Part shown: piece after piece, positions 18,543 through 27,951 of the stretch | How the letters are laid out: each line of letters opens with the position of its first letter | Position numbering within the stretch: position 1 is the stretch's first letter | Source of the DNA: Candidatus Binatia bacterium | GTDB taxonomy: Bacteria > Desulfobacterota > Binatia > Bin18 | Direction: 5' to 3' | NCBI GenBank assembly: GCA_963664395.2 | Contig: OY761159.2 | Coordinates: forward strand, 1,312,001 to 1,376,000 | Length of the DNA stretch: 64,000 bases | Translations under genes and position numbers: made by a program | The notes under the pieces: model-generated | Databases searched by the model: none | What the model saw: the letters and a program-made list of their open reading frames with translations, nothing else | What the model was told of the DNA's origin: nothing

Positions 18543-19238
18543 CTACTGGAAGTGTCGTTCGAGTTCGGCTCTGTCGGCAAGGGCCGTGTCCACGATCTCC
18601 TGGCTGTGGGAGCCGGGGGTAAGCGGGGCGTCGAAACGGAACCGGAGCCGGCCTTTGAAGAGGGGCGGCAGGAAACCAGTCTGCATCAGTTCCGCGCGTT
18701 CGAGGCGCAGGCCGGTTGCGGTCTGGCGGACTCGGATGCGCCTCAGGGAATACTCTTTCTCTTTCACATGAATATAGGTGACGAACCCTGGCGGGTGCCG
18801 CAAGGCGTCAATGTCCTGATAGCTGCCAGTTGGAAGCTGCTCGGGCAGCACGAAAAAGTGCTGGGCAGTACAGTACAGGCAGGGAGCGGCGCCTGCCTGC
18901 CGCCGGGCCATCGTCGTCGCACCTGAACGCTCGGCGGTGACCAGGACCTCCGCCAGAGTACCCTCCCGCCATTGCGGCGGCACCGACACGTGAGGCGGCG
19001 GTGGCGGTATTTGCCGAACGATCGCATACACAGCCAGGGTATCTTGGCCCTGAGCCGGATAGACACCCCACAGAGCGTCAGAGGCGGCCAGCGCAGACAC
19101 CACGAACACCGTCAGCGCCACCATCGTCGCCAAAGCCGCTCGCCGCAGCCGACGCCAGTACCGCCCATTTAGTCCCGGGCCTGACGGCATTCGACCATGG
19201 TGGTGATGAATCCGTCGCACGGTTCGGCTCAAGCGCAC
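18543..19238 (-). CDS. Hypothetical protein with N-terminal TM/signal segment
   Basis: 231-aa ORF starting 9 bp after the SnoaL-like gene; basic N-terminus followed by a hydrophobic helix. Confidence 0.55.
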   Translation of the reverse strand: MRLSRTVRRIHHHHGRMPSGPGLNGRYWRRLRRAALATMVALTVFVVSALAASDALWGVYPAQGQDTLAVYAIVRQIPPPPPHVSVPPQWREGTLAEVLVTAERSGATTMARRQAGAAPCLYCTAQHFFVLPEQLPTGSYQDIDALRHPPGFVTYIHVKEKEYSLRRIRVRQTATGLRLERAELMQTGFLPPLFKGRLRFRFDAPLTPGSHSQEIVDTALADRAELERHFQ

Positions 19239-19247
19239 AGCACCCCC

Positions 19248-19964
19248 CTAATCATTCTGGAAGGCGGCCATCACCGCTGCCGTGTCATACGCCTCACGAT
19301 AATGTGTGACCACCCCATGCAGCAGGGTCCAGGCGGCCATGACGGCCACCTCGTAGCTTTTTCCGGTTGCCTTCACCCGGCTGCGTTCCTCACACATCAC
19401 GATTACCCGGTTGCCCTGCGCGATGAATTCTTTGGGAATAAGTTGTTCGACCTCTATCGCTTTTCCGCGCGTGGCAAACCACTGTGCGACCTGCCCACGC
19501 CCGCGGACTGTTCCGGCCCAGGGAATCGCCTCAGGTCCGGGCGACTGCCATTCTACATCTTCAGAGAGAGAGGGCAGAATAGGTGTCAAATCGCCTTTTT
19601 CTCCAGGCATCAGGAGATGAGTATAAATCTGGCGGACGATCCGGACATTGTCCGGCTTAGGTTCCTTGCGGGGTTTTATCTTGTCCTTTGAGATCGCCCA
19701 GGCGGCGGTAAAGGTATCGAGGACAGGGCCGTAAAACACATTTTCCGTTTTTCGGCGTAACACTTCCGGGTCATTCTCTACAGCGTGGCTCTTGTCAGGC
19801 TGGGTGTCCGGAGTGGACTGTGTTCCAGCCTGGTCCATCGTTTCTGCTGCTTTCTTTTTACGCTGCGAGACCGCCCAAGCCGCGGTAAAGGTATCAAACG
19901 CCGGGGAGCTGAACGGCTGCCCTGTCTGCTCCAGCATTTCTTCAAGGTCTTTCTTCTCTGCCAT
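19248..19964 (-). CDS. SnoaL/NTF2-like protein with N-terminal duplicated motif
   Basis: C-terminal LSEDVEW..IPWAG..GRGQV..FIAQGNRV..YDTAA; N-terminal DTFTAAWA[VI]S occurs twice. Confidence 0.8.
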   Translation of the reverse strand: MAEKKDLEEMLEQTGQPFSSPAFDTFTAAWAVSQRKKKAAETMDQAGTQSTPDTQPDKSHAVENDPEVLRRKTENVFYGPVLDTFTAAWAISKDKIKPRKEPKPDNVRIVRQIYTHLLMPGEKGDLTPILPSLSEDVEWQSPGPEAIPWAGTVRGRGQVAQWFATRGKAIEVEQLIPKEFIAQGNRVIVMCEERSRVKATGKSYEVAVMAAWTLLHGVVTHYREAYDTAAVMAAFQND

Positions 19965-20784
19965 ATGCTGTATCCTTTACCCGTTTTGCCAGAATCCGTT
20001 CAACCGTCACCAGGTCAGCGGGGGTGTCCACATCAATAGCAGCTTCTGCAAATGGCAGCTCGACAATGCCGACCTGTGCCCCCAGTACACGAGAAGCCTG
20101 GGCAATAGCAGTGGGACGATCGAGCCGACGCAAGAGGAAACGCAGCAGGTTCCCCAGCCCAAACTCACGCACGAGCCGCCAGGGCCGCTTCCGAAACTGC
20201 CCAGCCCGCACCCAAAACCGGACCGCACTGGCCGCCTGTGGGGTACGCAGTAGAAAGAGATTCGTTCCACCCAGGCTCTCATCTGCCAGGGGCAGAAACG
20301 TGCGCCGTGACTCGGGATAATGCGCGCGAAAGAGTGAAGCAGAGACCACCCCAACAACGACATCGGCATCGATTCGTTGGGCCGCCGTACAGAAATACTC
20401 AACCATGACGGGAGAGAGCAGCGCATGATCAGCCGTTGTCACCAGCACAGGACCATCAGCCCGCTGCGCTTCAAAGTAATCCAGCACGCTCGCTGCCGGA
20501 GAGTGTTGACTCGCGTGAAACGCGATATCCCCTGCTTCAGCACAGTCAGCCAATACTGAAGCATCGTCAATACTGACCACAATGCTCTGCACCAGCGGGG
20601 CAGCACGGAGGCTGTTGAGCACCCGCGCAATCATCGGAACTCCAGCAACAGCGATACAGGCTTTGTGACTCTGACCCGCAGCGTGGGCCAAGATATCCTT
20701 CGGCCCGCGTCGTCCGGCGAGAATCAATGCCGTGACAGGAAGAAGGATGCTCTCCTCTGTCCTCTGAGCTGCTGCGCTGGTCAC
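19942..20784 (-). CDS. MobA-like NTP transferase / nucleotidyltransferase
   Basis: LILAGRR, HKACIAVAGVPMI, LVTTADH, AAIDVDTPADL. Confidence 0.85.
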   Translation of the reverse strand: MTSAAAQRTEESILLPVTALILAGRRGPKDILAHAAGQSHKACIAVAGVPMIARVLNSLRAAPLVQSIVVSIDDASVLADCAEAGDIAFHASQHSPAASVLDYFEAQRADGPVLVTTADHALLSPVMVEYFCTAAQRIDADVVVGVVSASLFRAHYPESRRTFLPLADESLGGTNLFLLRTPQAASAVRFWVRAGQFRKRPWRLVREFGLGNLLRFLLRRLDRPTAIAQASRVLGAQVGIVELPFAEAAIDVDTPADLVTVERILAKRVKDTAYGREERP

Positions 20785-20936
20785 GTCGGCATTGTAGACG
20801 GCGGAGAGAACGATGCAATTCCTGTTTTGTAGAGAGAGTGTCTGGGACCCAGCCGACCAGTAGACGACGCGTCACCCCCCTTTTCCCCTTATCGCCACCC
20901 GGCTAGACTACCCAGCACTCAGAGGAGGGATATTTT

Positions 20937-22193
20937 TTGCGTATCTGGATTGACGCGACGAGTCCGAGCAGCCGATTACGGATCTTCGGCATGACGCTAC
21001 TCGAACGACAGCTGCACACGCTTCTTGAGGCCGGCCTGGAACCGGCAGAGGTATATGTCCAGCTCGCCTCTGAGACGACCGATTTGCCTGCACTTCTCCC
21101 CGCGTCTCTTGTCCGGAAACTTCCGATCCAGTGGGGTCATGTCTATCGAACAATAGTGGAATATCGGACCAGTCTGCCTAATGACACGCGCGACGACCCT
21201 TTGCTCGTCCTGGAGGCCAGTGCAGTTATTGACAGTCGGCTCCTCCGCCATCTTACGGCACTGCCTGGTTCCTGGGTGGCACGTGGGGAAGTGGGCGCAG
21301 AGCAGACCGCAGCCTTGCGCCTGGAAGGAGACGTTCTGCTTCCAAATTCAATAGGTGCAACCGGTTTCTCCCTGCCGGATCTTGCGCAAAAAAGCCTACA
21401 ACAAGGAAGCGTACAAGAGTTAGTCCTGACTGACGTTCCATCCTACATTCGAAAGCTGCGGCGCGACCTCCCCGTCTATCTGTTTCGTATTGTGGACCCA
21501 GCCAGCCGGGACCGGGCGGAACGCTTTCTGTTTTGGTCCAACTACAAGGGCTCAACCGACTTCTTTACCAAATATATCTACCCACCCTTAGTCTGGCGAG
21601 CCGTCCATCCACTGGCGCGCTGGCGCGTCCAGCCCAATAGCATCTCGCTGTTTAATGTCTGCATTACCTTCCTGGCCGTGCCCCTCTTTGCGCAGGGCTA
21701 TTGGGCGACAGCCTTTACACTCGCGTATACGATGAGTGTGCTGGATTCCGTTGACGGCAAGTTAGCCCGCCTGACCTTCAGCGCATCCAAGCTGGGCAAT
21801 ATTCTGGATCACGGCTTGGACATCGTCCATCCGCCGTTGTGGTATTTTGCCTGGGCGTGGGCCTTGCGTGCGGAAGTTACAGCCGCCCCGGTGATGCAGC
21901 TTGCAGTCTGGATGGCCGTCTTTTATGTTGCGGACCGTATTGTCGCCGGTCTGTTCAGGGCGCGGGTCGGTCAGTCCATTCATGGTTGTACGCCGTTTGA
22001 TGAGCGTATGCGGACTTTCATTTCGCGGCGCAACATCAATGTGCCCGTCTTTATGCTCGGTCTCCTGCTGGGCATCCCTATTCCGACTTTTGTCGCGATC
22101 GTGGTGTGGCAGGTCATCTCTCTCCTCTTTCACTCGCTACGCTTGGTGCAGTTCTGGAACGGGAAGCCTGAACTCGGAACAGTGGAACCGTAA
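20937..22193 (+). CDS. Second CDP-alcohol phosphatidyltransferase (CpgC paralogue)
   Basis: YKGSTDFFTK, QPNSIS, LDSVDGKLARLT...GNILDHGLD. Confidence 0.88.
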   Translation: MRIWIDATSPSSRLRIFGMTLLERQLHTLLEAGLEPAEVYVQLASETTDLPALLPASLVRKLPIQWGHVYRTIVEYRTSLPNDTRDDPLLVLEASAVIDSRLLRHLTALPGSWVARGEVGAEQTAALRLEGDVLLPNSIGATGFSLPDLAQKSLQQGSVQELVLTDVPSYIRKLRRDLPVYLFRIVDPASRDRAERFLFWSNYKGSTDFFTKYIYPPLVWRAVHPLARWRVQPNSISLFNVCITFLAVPLFAQGYWATAFTLAYTMSVLDSVDGKLARLTFSASKLGNILDHGLDIVHPPLWYFAWAWALRAEVTAAPVMQLAVWMAVFYVADRIVAGLFRARVGQSIHGCTPFDERMRTFISRRNINVPVFMLGLLLGIPIPTFVAIVVWQVISLLFHSLRLVQFWNGKPELGTVEP

Positions 22194-22219
22194 TGCCCCA
22201 GTAGGGAGTTTCCCGACTC

Positions 22220-23962
22220 ATGCGTCTGCTCCTTGCCTTTGCCCGCGCCCATCCCGGCCGTAGTGCCCTCACGCTCGCCTGTCTGATTTTTGCGACCCTT
22301 GCCGAAGGGATCAGCTTCTCCGGCCTCCTTCCCCTCTTCGGTCTCGCCACACAGTCCCGGAGTACCACGCCGGCACCGGATACGCCCCCCACGGGCTTGG
22401 AGCAAGCCATCAGCACTACGCTCGCAACCTTCGGCCTCCAGCCGAATATCGGCCTGCTCTGCCTTATCATTGTCGGCGGCATGGTCCTCAAAGCCGCGTT
22501 TGTCCTGCTCGCGCAAAAGCAGGTGGGCTATACCGTCGCCCACGTGGCGACCGACCTGCGGCTTTCTCTGCTGCGCTCTCTCCTGGCCGCACGCTGGGAA
22601 TACTATGTCCGTCAGCCGGTGGGCGGCTTTGCCAATGCGTTTGCGACCGAAGCCAGTCGGGCCTCTGAGGCATACCTCCACGCGGTAACGATTATTGCCT
22701 TCAGTATCCAGGCCATCTTGTATATCGGCCTCGCCTTGGCCGTCTCCTGGCAGGCCACCCTGGCGGCCGCACTTTTTGGTCTGTTGATCGTCTTCGGATT
22801 ACATCGTCTCGTGCGTATGGCGCGGCGGGCCGGAGCCCGTCAAACCGCTCTGTTAAAGAGCATTCTCGGACAACTGACCGATGTGCTGTATGCGGTCAAG
22901 CCACTCAAGGCCATGGCCCGCGAGACGCAGATCGGTCCACTCCTCGAACATGGCACACGGCGCTTGCACCGCGCCCTCCAACGTGAGGTCTTGAGTAAAG
23001 AAGCGCTACGGGCCTTGCAGGACCCGCTGCTGATCGCCTGTCTGGTCGGTGGGCTGTACATCGCGTTGACGCGCTGGGCGTTGTCCCTCGACGCGGTGAT
23101 TATGCTCATCATCCTTTTTGGCCGGACCTTGAGCAGCCTGAACAAAGCGCAACGTCAGTACCAACGTATGGCGTCCCGGGATAGTGCCTATTGGTCCCTA
23201 CAGGACACTCTCCAGCAGTCAGATGTCGCCCGAGAAATCAACACCGGTACCCGCCAACCGTATCTCACCCAAGCCATTACGCTTCAAGACGTTAGCTTTG
23301 CGTATGCAGAGAAATCCATCCTTGACCGGGCATCGTGCACCCTTCCAGCGGGAGAAGTGACCCTTCTTCTCGGCCCCTCGGGAACAGGCAAAACGTCTAC
23401 GGTTGACCTGATTGCCGGCCTGCTGCGGCCCCACAGTGGCGCAGTACTCATTGACGGGGTCCCGCTTGATACGATTGATCTCAAAGCCTGGCGAAACACC
23501 ATCGGCTATGTGCCGCAAGAAATGCTGCTGCTCCACGAAAGTGTTTTTACCAATGTCACGCTAGGCGATACGGCGCTGACAGAGGCGGATGTGGAAGTGG
23601 CCTTGCGGGCGGCTGAGGCATGGGAGTTTGTGCAAAGCCTGCCGGACGGGATATTGACCGGGGTTGGCGAGCGCGGCGCCCGTTTGTCCGGTGGGCAGCG
23701 ACAACGTATTGCTATCGCGCGTGCCCTCGTCCACTCTCCTCAACTCCTCATTCTGGACGAAGCCACCACCGCGCTGGACCCGGACAGCGAGGCTGCCATT
23801 TGTCAGACCGTTCGGCGACTGCGCGGAACAATGACTATCCTGGCGATCTCCCACCAGCCTGCCTTATTGGACATTGCCGACCATGTCTATCGATTAGAGA
23901 ATGGCCATCTCAGACCAGTTGACTCAGCCGCTTCGCCTCACTCCGTACAGAAAATTGCGTAA
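22220..23962 (+). CDS. MsbA-like ABC exporter (TMD+NBD), candidate lipid flippase
   Basis: TM domain, then GPSGTGKT, LSGGQRQR, ILDEATTALD. Confidence 0.9.
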   Translation: MRLLLAFARAHPGRSALTLACLIFATLAEGISFSGLLPLFGLATQSRSTTPAPDTPPTGLEQAISTTLATFGLQPNIGLLCLIIVGGMVLKAAFVLLAQKQVGYTVAHVATDLRLSLLRSLLAARWEYYVRQPVGGFANAFATEASRASEAYLHAVTIIAFSIQAILYIGLALAVSWQATLAAALFGLLIVFGLHRLVRMARRAGARQTALLKSILGQLTDVLYAVKPLKAMARETQIGPLLEHGTRRLHRALQREVLSKEALRALQDPLLIACLVGGLYIALTRWALSLDAVIMLIILFGRTLSSLNKAQRQYQRMASRDSAYWSLQDTLQQSDVAREINTGTRQPYLTQAITLQDVSFAYAEKSILDRASCTLPAGEVTLLLGPSGTGKTSTVDLIAGLLRPHSGAVLIDGVPLDTIDLKAWRNTIGYVPQEMLLLHESVFTNVTLGDTALTEADVEVALRAAEAWEFVQSLPDGILTGVGERGARLSGGQRQRIAIARALVHSPQLLILDEATTALDPDSEAAICQTVRRLRGTMTILAISHQPALLDIADHVYRLENGHLRPVDSAASPHSVQKIA

Positions 23963-23969
23963 AAGGCAT

Positions 23970-25208
23970 ATGGGTCAATCTATGGGCTCTTCGGGTTTTT
24001 CAACAACACTCCGCAAGAGAGTGGCTTCAATGCTGCGGACAGAACCGTACGCCATGCCGGGCACACCTGGGAATCTCGGCCACCAACCCGTGGTATGGGT
24101 CCTGACCTCACACAAGCCAGGACATACCACCCAAGTCCTTGGTTTGGCCAATGCGCTGGGGTGGCCGTTTATAGTGAAAACTGTACGCTTTCGTGGACAG
24201 ACGAATCTGCATAAGCGTCTAGCCGGAATACACCGCGCCACACGCTTTGGTATGGATACAACCCGCTCAGACCCGCTCAACCCACCCTGGCCCGACCTTA
24301 TTCTGACCGCCGGGTGGCGACCGGCACGGGTCGCACGCTGGATTCAGCAGCAGAGCGGAGGGCGGACCCGACTCGTGGTGCTCGGTCGCAAAGGGAGTCG
24401 TCCGCTCCAGCCAACAGACGTGAGTGTCGCTTGCGCCCACTTTCGCTTGCCCCCGCATCCCCGCCGGATCGAGACCCTCGCGCCGCTGGCCCATGTCAGT
24501 CCGGAACAGCTTCGTCAGGGAGCAGCGCAATGGCGACATCTGGCCCAAGACGCCCCACACCCTTGGATTATGCTCCTAGTCGGCGGCGCAACCGCTCGCT
24601 ATCAGCTTGATCCACAGATTGCACGAAAAATGGGAGAAGACGTCCACGCGTTTGCCGCAACCGTCAATGGCAAAGTCTTTGCGACCACCAGTCGCCGGAC
24701 AGGCACAGCCGTAACCGAAGCATTAATTACGGGACTCGGATCATCACACTTTGTGTACACCTGGCAGCCCCATCAGCGGGACAACCCTTATATGGGCTAT
24801 CTCGCGCTGGCCGATGTCTTAATCGTCACCGGTGAGAGTGAATCCATGCTGGCTGAGGCGGCGACCACTGACACACCGCTCTATATTTATCCCTTGCCGG
24901 AACGACCCAACGATATGGTGGGGCGCTGCAAGGAATGGGTACTCAAGCAGGCGCGGGCGGAACGGCGCAGCCCACGTGGCAGCGTCCGACCTCAGCGGGG
25001 CGTGTCTTATTTCTGTGCCCGCTTGATCGAACGCGGCGTTATCCAACCACGCCGGGATCTGCACGCATTGCACGAGGCGTTAGTGCAGCGGGATATCGCC
25101 CGTTTTTTTGGTGCCCCGGTCGACCTCTCCCCGCGTCCCACCCTGCGCGAGTTTGCAACCGTTGCCCAACAGGTTCGCCGCTTACTTGGATTTCACGTAC
25201 AGCCATGA
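23970..25208 (+). CDS. ELM1/GtrOC1-family putative glycosyltransferase
   Basis: KPGHTTQ, PPWPDLILTAG, LVGG, TTSRRT, NPYMGYLALAD, VTGESESMLAEA. Confidence 0.85.
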   Translation: MGQSMGSSGFSTTLRKRVASMLRTEPYAMPGTPGNLGHQPVVWVLTSHKPGHTTQVLGLANALGWPFIVKTVRFRGQTNLHKRLAGIHRATRFGMDTTRSDPLNPPWPDLILTAGWRPARVARWIQQQSGGRTRLVVLGRKGSRPLQPTDVSVACAHFRLPPHPRRIETLAPLAHVSPEQLRQGAAQWRHLAQDAPHPWIMLLVGGATARYQLDPQIARKMGEDVHAFAATVNGKVFATTSRRTGTAVTEALITGLGSSHFVYTWQPHQRDNPYMGYLALADVLIVTGESESMLAEAATTDTPLYIYPLPERPNDMVGRCKEWVLKQARAERRSPRGSVRPQRGVSYFCARLIERGVIQPRRDLHALHEALVQRDIARFFGAPVDLSPRPTLREFATVAQQVRRLLGFHVQP

Positions 25209-25984
25209 CCCCACTCGTTTTCCTGCGTCACGGCCAGAGCGTATGGAATCAGGCCCGTCGTTTCACCGGCTGGGCCGACGTTCCGCTCAGCCCAGATGGA
25301 CAACAGCAGGCCAGACGGGCCGCCCAACTCATCCGGGCTGGTGGATTTTCCTTTGATGTATGTTTTACCTCATGTTTACAGCGTGCGACAGACACGCTGC
25401 AGATTATCCTCACAGTCCTCAACCCTGAGCTCTCGCCACCCGCAGTCCATACGAGCTGGCGGTTAAATGAGCGGCATTACGGCGCGCTGCAAGGGCTCAA
25501 CCGACAAGACGTCGCTCAGCAGTACGGACACGAACAGGTTGTGGTCTGGCAGCAGCATTTTGATATTGCTCCGCCGGCCTTGGACCCGACCGACCCACGC
25601 TTCCCCGGACATGACCCTCGCTATGCCGACCTCACAGACCTTGAGCTGCCACGCACGGAAACGCTGAAAGATGTGCGAGCCCGGGTGCTGCCCTACTGGC
25701 ACGACGTCATTGTCCCGAAGATCAAGAACGGTCAGCGGATTTTCGTTGTGGCGCATGGCAACAGCCTGCGCGCCCTGACCACCTATCTGGATGGCGTGGC
25801 CGCAGAAGATATCCCACGGGTGAAACGTCCCCTGACGGGCGAACCCTTTGTATACGAGTTTGACCAGAACGCCGTCCCACGCCGGCACTATTCCCTCCGC
25901 CGGGCTCCAAAACTGCAACGCTGGCTGAAGACGAAGCTCGGACAGCGGCATTCCCGGTCAAAGGATCGTCCGGGGGTGGGATAG
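25205..25984 (+). CDS. gpmA: 2,3-bisphosphoglycerate-dependent phosphoglycerate mutase
   Basis: LRHGQSVWN..RFTGW, WRLNERHYGALQG, AHGNSLRAL; ATGA overlap with the ELM1 stop. Confidence 0.9.
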   Translation: MTPLVFLRHGQSVWNQARRFTGWADVPLSPDGQQQARRAAQLIRAGGFSFDVCFTSCLQRATDTLQIILTVLNPELSPPAVHTSWRLNERHYGALQGLNRQDVAQQYGHEQVVVWQQHFDIAPPALDPTDPRFPGHDPRYADLTDLELPRTETLKDVRARVLPYWHDVIVPKIKNGQRIFVVAHGNSLRALTTYLDGVAAEDIPRVKRPLTGEPFVYEFDQNAVPRRHYSLRRAPKLQRWLKTKLGQRHSRSKDRPGVG

Positions 25985-26047
25985 GCACTCCGGCCCTGAT
26001 GGAATATCAAGCTTGGCAGCGGCAGTGGATGGAGTAGGATACATTGC

Positions 26048-26761
26048 ATGCACTATCTTGATCTCAACCGGGTCAATACTATTGACCCGGCAGCTTTTCA
26101 AGCACAGAAGCCCTATCCCTGGATCAACCCGCAGGGATTACTCACCCCAGAAGGCTATCACAGACTTTTGGCGCATCTGCCCGCGCAAGAACAGTTCACA
26201 CCCAGCTTTGGCAGACAGCGCGCCCACGGCCAGCGCAGTCATGACCGTTTTATGTTGGCCTATCACGACGCCCTCCCGGTGGCCCAGGAATGGAAAGATT
26301 TTATTGCCGAGCTGCGTGGCTCGACCTATCAGGATTTTCTCGGTCGTTTACTCGGCACGCGCGCTTTCGAACTACGCTTTCACTGGCACTACACCCCGCG
26401 CGGCTGTTCCATCTCGCCCCATTGCGACGCCAAGCATAAGCTTGGATCATATATTTTTTATTTCAACACCGAACAGGATTGGGACCCAAGCTGGGGGGGT
26501 CAGACCTTGCTCCTCGACGACGGAGGTCGCTTCCCACGCACCTCCGCGCCAGAGATAAAGGAGTTTGATAGCGTCTCACCCTCACACGCCATGGGCAATT
26601 CCAGCCTGCTCTTCGCCCGCAACGGCAGCTCCTGGCACGCCATGCGGCCGCTGCAGTGCCCGGAAGACCGGCTGCGCAAGGTCTTTATCGTTGTGATAAA
26701 TCACTTTGGACCGGTCGAACGTTTGAAACGATTTTTTGGCTGGAAAGCGAAAGGGTATTAA
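26048..26761 (+). CDS. 2OG-Fe(II) oxygenase (prolyl-hydroxylase-like)
   Basis: PHCD (HxD), WGG, SWH, and distal R (RKV). Confidence 0.8.
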   Translation: MHYLDLNRVNTIDPAAFQAQKPYPWINPQGLLTPEGYHRLLAHLPAQEQFTPSFGRQRAHGQRSHDRFMLAYHDALPVAQEWKDFIAELRGSTYQDFLGRLLGTRAFELRFHWHYTPRGCSISPHCDAKHKLGSYIFYFNTEQDWDPSWGGQTLLLDDGGRFPRTSAPEIKEFDSVSPSHAMGNSSLLFARNGSSWHAMRPLQCPEDRLRKVFIVVINHFGPVERLKRFFGWKAKGY

Positions 26762-27076
26762 GCGGAGGCGAGAGAAAAAATTTTCTTCAATGGGTTAAGA
26801 CAAGCTGCATTCCCGACTGAAGCTTATCAAGATACGGCTGAGTTGCCGTATAATACCTGTTGTGGGCGGAACGGTCGCCAATAGTCTTTGCCTCTGTAAG
26901 CGCATTTTTTAGAGCCTTTTTCGATTCACGGCCTAAAGGGAGCCCAGATGGTTCCACAGCGCGGTTAATAATATCTTTAAGTATAAAATAATTATTGTCT
27001 TGTCGAATTTCTGCCCCTAGCCATAGAAGCCCTCCTGACAGACGTATTCCTCGCCTGTCGGTAATGAAAACTGTTC

Positions 27077-27125
27077 GTCAAACGCTAGAGACGTTTGACA
27101 GAAATTCGGCGCAACCTTGCGCCGA
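27077..27125 (+). promoter_or_regulatory. Two adjacent inverted repeats upstream of SDR-ACAD (possible operator)
   Basis: GTCAAACG-N7-CGTTTGAC overlapping a TTGACA, then TCGGCGCAA-CC-TTGCGCCGA. Confidence 0.35.
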
Positions 27126-27181
27126 GAGAACCTTCCAGAAATAATACCCTTTCACTTTTCCGCCCTGAAGAGGAATTCTCT

Positions 27182-27886
27182 ATGACTACCAGCCCACACT
27201 GTTTAGTTATCGGTGTTGGACCCGGTTTGGGCATGGGCTGCGTGCGGCGCTTTGCTGCCGGTGGCTACCGGGTGTCGATGATCGCCCGGCATGCCGGGCG
27301 GCTGGAGTCGTGGGCTGCCGAAATTGACGGCAGCGCCGGATTTCCCGTGGATGTCGCCGCTGAGGGCGCATTCCGCCGGACGCTCAGCCACATTGTCGCC
27401 GAGCACGGACTGCCGGAAGTCGTGGTGTATAATGCCGCGCGGGCGACGTTGGGGCATTATAGCGACATCAGCATGGAGGACTTTGCACTCAATTTTCGCA
27501 CGAATACCGCCGGCCTCCTGATCCTTGCCCAAGAGTTGGCTCCGGCCATGGTAGAACGCGGTTCCGGTTCGCTCATGGTCACCGGCAATACCGGTTCGCT
27601 ACGGGGCACGCCGAATTTTGTGGGTTGGTCCCCAACCAAGGCCGGACAACGTATCCTGGCCGAATGCCTGGCCCGCGAGCTTGGACCAAACGGGATTCAT
27701 GTAGCCTATATTGTCGTTGATGCCCTGATCGATATGCCCTTTGCCCGTCGCGGCTTCCCCGACAAGCCCAAAGATTTCTTTTCCCAGCCAGCAGATTTGG
27801 CAGAAACGGTTTTTCAGACCGCCCATCAGCCCAAGTCCGCCTGGTCGTTTCTGGTTGAGTTACGACCGTTCGGGGAAAAATGGTAG
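27182..27886 (+). CDS. SDR family oxidoreductase
   Basis: GVGPGLG, VVYNAA, atypical WSPTK, HVAYIVVDALID. Confidence 0.88.
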   Translation: MTTSPHCLVIGVGPGLGMGCVRRFAAGGYRVSMIARHAGRLESWAAEIDGSAGFPVDVAAEGAFRRTLSHIVAEHGLPEVVVYNAARATLGHYSDISMEDFALNFRTNTAGLLILAQELAPAMVERGSGSLMVTGNTGSLRGTPNFVGWSPTKAGQRILAECLARELGPNGIHVAYIVVDALIDMPFARRGFPDKPKDFFSQPADLAETVFQTAHQPKSAWSFLVELRPFGEKW

Positions 27887-27951
27887 CCATTTCCCACCCG
27901 TTTGCAGAGCGTTGATAGGTTCAGCCGGCTTTATCGAGAACGAGGACAGCA

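Noticed and set aside
24935-25204. N-terminal 90-aa extension of GpmA in the ORF track
   Set aside because: Overlaps ELM1; the real start is the ATGA-coupled ATG at 25205
26762-27180. Possible ncRNA or riboswitch in the long intergenic region
   Set aside because: No recognisable conserved aptamer or tRNA-like structure by eye
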